A stretch of 64,000 bases of DNA from NCBI GenBank assembly GCA_031372065.1, contig JANMKN010000008.1, positions 13,117 through 77,116 of the forward strand, given 5' to 3'. Below, one piece after another: positions 58,723 through 64,000 of this stretch. The notes under the pieces are model-generated. The model was not told the DNA's origin and did no database searches. It saw only the letters and a list, made by a program, of their open reading frames with translations. The translations under genes and the position numbers were made by a program. Every line of letters starts with the position of its first letter. The stretch's first letter is position 1. Source of the stretch: Abditibacteriaceae bacterium. Its GTDB lineage: Bacteria; Armatimonadota; Abditibacteriia; Abditibacteriales; Abditibacteriaceae.

Positions 58723-59546
58723 CACCACAAAAATACGAAGTCAAAGACACGCTGCTTAAAGTCGAAGGCGTTTGCGTTACCTATGACAAAACGCCGATTT
58801 TGCGCGATGTGAATTTGGAAATTCGCAACATTGTGCGTCCCGGCTATGCGCAAGGTCAGGTAGTTGGATTACTCGGCCCCAGCGGCATGGGCAAAACTAC
58901 GCTCTTTCGCGTTTTGGCGGGGCTGGAAAAGCCGACAAGCGGCTCGGTTCGCGTCACAGAAGCGCAAATTCCTGTCGAACGCGGCATGGTCGGCGTGGTC
59001 GCGCAAAATTATCCTTTGTTCGCGCATCGCACGGTGATGGGCAACTTGCTTGTCGCCGGACACCAAAGCGGGCAAACGGGCGCCAAAGTGCAAAGCGCAG
59101 CGCAGGATCTTTTGGAGCGTTTTAGCATGACCGAACACGCCGCGAAATATCCGGCGCAGCTTTCCGGAGGGCAACGCCAACGCGTTGCCATCGCGCAACA
59201 ATTCATGTGCAGTGAACACTTTTTGCTCATGGACGAACCGTTTTCCGGCCTTGATTTATTGGCTCAAGAGCGCGTCATTCGCTTCATCAACGAAATCGCG
59301 CAAACAGATGAATTAAAGACCTTTGTCTTAGTAACACACGATGTCTCCGCCGCGCTGCAAGTTGCCGATACAATTTGGCTAATCGGGCGCGATCACGACA
59401 AAACAGGAAATCCCATTCCCGGCGCGCGGATTCAAGGCGTTTACAATTTGGCGGAACGTGGCCTCGCATGGCGCGAAAACATCACCTTGGAACCAGAATT
59501 TTTGGCTTTACGGCAGGAAATCCGCGAAGCGTTTCATCGCCTCTGA
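58719..59546 (+). CDS. ABC transporter ATP-binding protein
   Basis: GPSGMGKTT, LSGGQRQR, MDEPF; ATGA coupling to the permease. Confidence 0.93.
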   Translation: MTPQKYEVKDTLLKVEGVCVTYDKTPILRDVNLEIRNIVRPGYAQGQVVGLLGPSGMGKTTLFRVLAGLEKPTSGSVRVTEAQIPVERGMVGVVAQNYPLFAHRTVMGNLLVAGHQSGQTGAKVQSAAQDLLERFSMTEHAAKYPAQLSGGQRQRVAIAQQFMCSEHFLLMDEPFSGLDLLAQERVIRFINEIAQTDELKTFVLVTHDVSAALQVADTIWLIGRDHDKTGNPIPGARIQGVYNLAERGLAWRENITLEPEFLALRQEIREAFHRL

Positions 59547-59639
59547 TCGGCTATTCCTTTAGCGCTCAACCAAAACACAATCGCAAAAATTGATTTTCGC
59601 AAGGGGAACCTTGCCGCGCCGCAGGGTGTTTACAAGGGC

Positions 59640-60323
59640 ATGAAGAATCACGCTTTATCATTTGCAAATCGCGCCTTAGCTGGCGCATTGTTGTTGGCTG
59701 CGGTGCCCGTTTTGCTTGTTGGATGCGGCCCAGCTGCCGCCGAAAAGACAGAAACCGAAGTTGCTGCAAAACCAGTGGCAACACCCGCCAAAGGACAGCA
59801 AGTTGCCACCTTTGCCGCCGGTTGTTTTTGGAGCATGGAAGCGATTTTTGAAGACCTCAAAGGCGTTTCGGATGTTGAACCGGGCTATGCAGGTGGCAAA
59901 GTGAAAAATCCCACTTACGAACAGGTTTGTAGCAGCAAAACCGGCCACGCCGAAACAGTGGACATCGTTTTCGATCCGCAAGTAATTTCCTACAAAAATT
60001 TAGTGGAAATTCTGCTTACCATGCGCGACCCGACCACGCTGAACAGCCAAGGGCCGGATGAAGGGCCGCAGTATCGTTCGGCAATTTTCTATCGCAACGA
60101 AACGCAGAAAAAAGACGCCGAGGCGATGATTGGTGAAATCACCAAAAAAGGCCTTTGGAAAGACCCGATTGTCACCAAAGTCGAGCCTTTTAAGAACTTT
60201 TTTGTGGCCGAAGATTACCACCGCGATTACTTCACCAAGAATCCGAATAAATCCTACTGCCAAGTCGTCATCGCGCCGAAAATTGAAGACTTAAAAAAGA
60301 AATTCGGCACGAAAGTAAAATAG
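59640..60323 (+). CDS. msrA: Peptide methionine sulfoxide reductase MsrA, lipoprotein
   Basis: GCFW, GHAE, QYRSAIF, AEDYH; lipobox LVGC. Confidence 0.95.
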   Translation: MKNHALSFANRALAGALLLAAVPVLLVGCGPAAAEKTETEVAAKPVATPAKGQQVATFAAGCFWSMEAIFEDLKGVSDVEPGYAGGKVKNPTYEQVCSSKTGHAETVDIVFDPQVISYKNLVEILLTMRDPTTLNSQGPDEGPQYRSAIFYRNETQKKDAEAMIGEITKKGLWKDPIVTKVEPFKNFFVAEDYHRDYFTKNPNKSYCQVVIAPKIEDLKKKFGTKVK

Positions 60324-60349
60324 CTTTTAGCAATCCGCTTTAGGTAAAC

Positions 60350-60401
60350 AAAAAAGCGGCGCAGGAAATATCATAAAAATGATATTTCCTGCGCCGCTTT
60401 T
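60350..60401. terminator. Bidirectional terminator between convergent msrA and tetR genes
   Basis: 23-bp perfect arms AAAAGCGGCGCAGGAAATATCAT / ATGATATTTCCTGCGCCGCTTTT. Confidence 0.85.
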
Positions 60402-60433
60402 CCTTTATTTAGCCCTATTGCAACACATGCGAA

Positions 60434-61177
60434 TTACGGTTTCGGCGACTTTTCACTTTCTGGTTTTTGCGCTGTTGGTTTTCCGTAACGCGTGTAAATT
60501 TCTTTCGCCATACCGTCGGTTAAAACTTCTAATTGTTCGGCTACAAAAGTTATATCGCTTATGCGGCCCGACAGTAAGTTTTCACCGGCTGTCATTACGG
60601 CGGACAAAATAAATTCGGCTTGCAAAGCCACACGGGGGTAATGTTTTTCTTCCAGCCCCGCCCACTGCGCCAGTTGCCATAAATCAGCGATCAGGTCATC
60701 CAGAATCTGCCTGTGCAACTGCTCAAGAACACGGCCCAAAGGCGAAGGATCGTGCCGGTGACGCAGCCATAATTCCGAGAAGGCACGTTCACGCGTAAAT
60801 AAGTGCAGCACTACCTGATAATGATCGCCTTCGCCCCGCTCAAAAGCGGCCCGGCGATGCTCGGCAATAAACAAGCGCACCTGCGAGGCTACAATTTGCG
60901 CCGCCGCACTTAAGCAGTCATCCACACTTTCAAAATGCCGATAAAAACTTGATTGCGCAAAACCCGCCGCACGGGTCACGCTGATTGTCGAAACGGCTCC
61001 GATGCCGCCTTCTCGAATCAAATCAATAGCCGCGTGCAGTAATCGTTCGCGCGTGCCCTCACGTGTGCCGCGCCGAGGCCGTCCTACCTTTTGAAGGTCT
61101 TCTTTTATGGCCTTCGGCGGCATTTTCACCTTCGTCTTTTTTATTCTTCCCAATTTGTTGTCCTCACCCCTTGCCAC
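60434..61177 (-). CDS. TetR/AcrR family transcriptional regulator
   Basis: TRERLLHAA...AAGFAQSSFYRHF helix-turn-helix. Start may be ATG 61123. Confidence 0.9.
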   Translation of the reverse strand: MARGEDNKLGRIKKTKVKMPPKAIKEDLQKVGRPRRGTREGTRERLLHAAIDLIREGGIGAVSTISVTRAAGFAQSSFYRHFESVDDCLSAAAQIVASQVRLFIAEHRRAAFERGEGDHYQVVLHLFTRERAFSELWLRHRHDPSPLGRVLEQLHRQILDDLIADLWQLAQWAGLEEKHYPRVALQAEFILSAVMTAGENLLSGRISDITFVAEQLEVLTDGMAKEIYTRYGKPTAQKPESEKSPKP

Positions 61178-61201
61178 ACGCTAATGATATGTTTATCATT
61201 A
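61171..61201 (+). promoter_or_regulatory. Sigma70 promoter overlapped by a palindromic operator (probable TetR site)
   Basis: TTGCCA-17 nt-TATCAT; TAATGATA-TGTT-TATCATTA palindrome at 61182-61201. Confidence 0.7.
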
Positions 61202-61228
61202 TAAGCATTACCTTGGAGCAGTATTACT

Positions 61229-63247
61229 TTGAAGCGATTGCCGTTCTTCTTTTTTGGCGTTTGCAGTGTAAGCGTTTTACCAATCGCGGCGTCCCAGGGC
61301 ACGCGGCCATCCAACTTAACGCCTACTTTTGCGCGTGATGTAGCGCCGATTCTTTTCGACCATTGTGCCTCGTGCCATCGTCCGGGCGAAGTGGCGCCTT
61401 TTTCATTGCTGACTTACCAAGATGCAAAAAAACGGGCGCGCTTGATTGCTGAAGTGACGCAGCAAAAGTTGATGCCGCCGTGGAAACCACAGCAAGGTTA
61501 CGGCGGATTTGTGGGCCAACGCCACTTGAGCGCCGGGCAAATCGCTGTGTTACGGCGCTGGGTCGAGCATGGCGCCTCTTTTGGCAAGCGCGCCGATTTG
61601 CCGTCCGCGCCGAAGTTTACTCCCGGTTGGCAACTGGGTCAGCCGGACATGATATTGTCCATGCCGCGCGCTTTTACAATTCCCGCTGAGGGCGCCGATG
61701 TAAATCGTAGTTTCGTTTTGCCGGTCACTCTGCCACGCGATAAATATGTGCGCGCAGCGGAGTTTCGGCCCGGCAATCGGCGCGTTGTGCACCACGCCAC
61801 GGTTTTGATAGACACCAGCGGCAAAGCGCGGCAAATTGAAACGCAGAGTGGCGAAGCGGGCGGCGGTTTTCGCGGCGGCATGGGTTTTGGCAAAACCGAT
61901 TTCATGCCGTCGGGTTCTTTGGGCGGCGGCTATGTGCCGGGCATGATGAGTAATCCTAATCCACCGGATGCGCCCAATGTTTTGCCGAAAAAAGCCGACA
62001 TCGTTTTCGGAATGCATTATCACCCCACGGGCAAAGTGGAAAGCGACCGCTCCAGCATCGGCTTGTATTTTACGGACAAGCCACCGCGTCGCGTGGGCAG
62101 CGTCATTTTGATGGGCGTGTTGAATCTGGAAATTCAGCCGGGCGAGATGGCGCATCCCGAACACGCGACATTTACGCTGCCGGTTGATGTGGAAGTGCAA
62201 AGCATCGCGCCGCATATGCATTTAATTGGCAAGAGCGTAAAAATGTGGGCTGAGTTGCCGGACGGCAGCACGCGGCCCTTGATAAAAATCAACGATTGGG
62301 ATTTCAACTGGCAGGGCACATATCAGTATGCGCGGCCTTTTCGCTTGCCCAAAGGGGCCAAAATTCACGGTGACTGGACGCATGATAATTCCGCCAATAA
62401 CCCACGCAATCCCATCTCTCCGCCGCGCCGCGTCAGAAACGGCGAAAACAGCACCGATGAAATGGCGGCGGCGTGGATTCCTGTTCTGGTAGACACGCCC
62501 GGTGATAATGGCGCCCTGTGGGTGGCAAATTTGGGCCATTTGGCAAGAGCGGCTTTTTCGCCGCCGGCTTTAGCCGCACCTTACCAATCGCGCGCCACGT
62601 TTTCCAATCCGGCTCCGTCACTGGGCTTGTCGGCGTTGAAATGGGGGTCGAGCGGCGTGGAATTTTGGCTGTCGCGTGTCATTCGCGCGCCGTTGCCAAC
62701 GATAATTATTTCGCTGTTCGCTGTGATAGCTTTAGCAGTCATTCCGCTATGGCTGTGCCCGCATTTTTCGGCGCGAACTGCCCACAAATTGCAAAAGCCG
62801 GGGCGCTGTTTTATGGGCGGGCTTGTGGCTTTTTTGATTTTTCTTTGTGTTGCAGTGCCTCTTTTATTTGCGGCGCCGATTTTTGCACAAAGCAGCGGTG
62901 CTTTGCTGGCTTTATTGTTTGGTTTTTGCCTGTTGTTAGGCATGAGCGGCGTCATGCAAGGCGCCCTTAAAAATTGGCGATATAGTCACGTGGCATTCTG
63001 GATTTGGCTGGCAAAAAGTCTCGCGTCGGCAGCCATAGTAATGGTTGCTTTCATTATTTTAGGCGCACGCGGCGCGGGCCTAATGATGGCGCTGCTTTCG
63101 CTGTGCGCTTTGGGTGCTGGGAGCAGCGTATTCTCTGAAGAAATTAAAACACGCGGCCAGACTTATCGAAAAGCGCGCCGCGCCCCACGTTCAGCAGAAA
63201 CTCATAAGGCACAAGAAACAGTGGAATTTCCGCTGACGAATTTTTAA
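61229..63247 (+). CDS. Heme c / copper type II monooxygenase-like protein with C-terminal TM region
   Basis: CASCH heme motif, MPPW, VVHH, HYH, PHMH, WDFNWQ, DEM; about five C-terminal TM helices. Confidence 0.8.
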   Translation: MKRLPFFFFGVCSVSVLPIAASQGTRPSNLTPTFARDVAPILFDHCASCHRPGEVAPFSLLTYQDAKKRARLIAEVTQQKLMPPWKPQQGYGGFVGQRHLSAGQIAVLRRWVEHGASFGKRADLPSAPKFTPGWQLGQPDMILSMPRAFTIPAEGADVNRSFVLPVTLPRDKYVRAAEFRPGNRRVVHHATVLIDTSGKARQIETQSGEAGGGFRGGMGFGKTDFMPSGSLGGGYVPGMMSNPNPPDAPNVLPKKADIVFGMHYHPTGKVESDRSSIGLYFTDKPPRRVGSVILMGVLNLEIQPGEMAHPEHATFTLPVDVEVQSIAPHMHLIGKSVKMWAELPDGSTRPLIKINDWDFNWQGTYQYARPFRLPKGAKIHGDWTHDNSANNPRNPISPPRRVRNGENSTDEMAAAWIPVLVDTPGDNGALWVANLGHLARAAFSPPALAAPYQSRATFSNPAPSLGLSALKWGSSGVEFWLSRVIRAPLPTIIISLFAVIALAVIPLWLCPHFSARTAHKLQKPGRCFMGGLVAFLIFLCVAVPLLFAAPIFAQSSGALLALLFGFCLLLGMSGVMQGALKNWRYSHVAFWIWLAKSLASAAIVMVAFIILGARGAGLMMALLSLCALGAGSSVFSEEIKTRGQTYRKARRAPRSAETHKAQETVEFPLTNF

Positions 63248-63264
63248 AGTGTCGAAAGGAAAAC

Positions 63265-63864
63265 ATGAAACATTCTCATTTTGCAACCTCGTTTCTTATC
63301 GCCGTAGCGATAAGCGCCCCTCTTTTGCCGGTTAAGCCGGTGCTGGCACAACCTGACACGCGCAATGCCAAAGGCGCCAATCCACCGGCGTGGCCTCAAG
63401 CCGGTGACTGGCAAAACATGACACCCGCGCAACGTGAAGCGGCCACCAAACAAATGGTGAACCAAACACTGCGCGATTCGCTGACGCACATTGGAATAGC
63501 CGACGAAAAAACACAGAACACCATTTTGCAGTTTGCCGAAGCACAGGAAAAATCAAAACAAAACGTCCGCGATAAAGGGCGCAAAGTCACGCAGGCGCTT
63601 TTGGACAACGCACAAAGCGAAGCCCAAGTCAACATTTTACTTAACGATTTGCAAGTCGCCGTCGCAGATGCCAAAGCGGGGCAGAAAGCCGATGTCGAAA
63701 TGTTAGAAAAAATGACCGGCTTTTCCAAAAAGCCCAAATTGCAAGCGTTTCTCACTATGATGGGCTTAATTGGCGACGAAACGCTGTATTTGCATGGCGT
63801 TTTCGGCAATTACTTGAATTCTCTGGGGCTGTTAGCCGAAACGCCGGCCCATGAGAAAAAGTAA
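63265..63864 (+). CDS. Hypothetical secreted helical protein
   Basis: AAGGA RBS, signal peptide, WQNMTPAQRE. Confidence 0.75.
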   Translation: MKHSHFATSFLIAVAISAPLLPVKPVLAQPDTRNAKGANPPAWPQAGDWQNMTPAQREAATKQMVNQTLRDSLTHIGIADEKTQNTILQFAEAQEKSKQNVRDKGRKVTQALLDNAQSEAQVNILLNDLQVAVADAKAGQKADVEMLEKMTGFSKKPKLQAFLTMMGLIGDETLYLHGVFGNYLNSLGLLAETPAHEKK

Positions 63865-64000
63865 AGAACCCCGCCGCAAGCAGCGGGGCTTTAACGACCT
63901 TTAGGAGAACAAACTGAGTTGTGATTCGCTTTGGTCATCCCGATGGTGTTGAATATATTTCTTGATGACCTCTGCCGTCACTTTATCGCCTACTGTCCGA
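63861..64000 (-). mobile_element. tnpA: 3' end of an IS200/IS605-family element: tnpA C-terminus (stop at 63901) and right-end hairpin
   Basis: Manual translation RTVGDKVTAEVIKKYIQHHRDDQSESQLSLFS* matches the Y1 transposase C-terminus with catalytic Tyr; hairpin CCCCGCCGC-AA-GCAGCGGGG at 63869-63888. Confidence 0.8.

Overview
Bacterial chromosomal window of moderate GC and dense coding. The gene style suggests an Armatimonadota/Abditibacteriota-like organism (inference only). In order it contains: a MoxR-vWA-beta-propeller (bpX5/bpX6-type) four-gene system; osmC; tRNA-Ala(CGC); an archaemetzincin; a sugar ABC operon with GH13, MBOAT, DUF4832-like and GH78 genes; DUF3616; a CNT transporter; a dehydrogenase/isomerase pair; an MFS-spermidine synthase fusion; mutS2; three internally duplicated ABC-2 permeases; an exopolysaccharide cluster; an OmpA-fused-SBP ABC system; msrA; a TetR regulator with a heme/copper monooxygenase-like gene; and the end of an IS200-type tnpA. 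The most unusual signal is three short-period repeat arrays (42, 21 and ~83 bp, close to multiples of a DNA helical turn). Two lie upstream of orphan ~225-235 aa internally duplicated helical proteins. The third is a solo array bracketed by a 30-bp duplication of a gene 3' end. A palindromic 7-bp-repeat element is also inserted in frame in mutS2. No cas genes or true CRISPR array were seen. All family calls come from motif recognition by eye; no searches were run.
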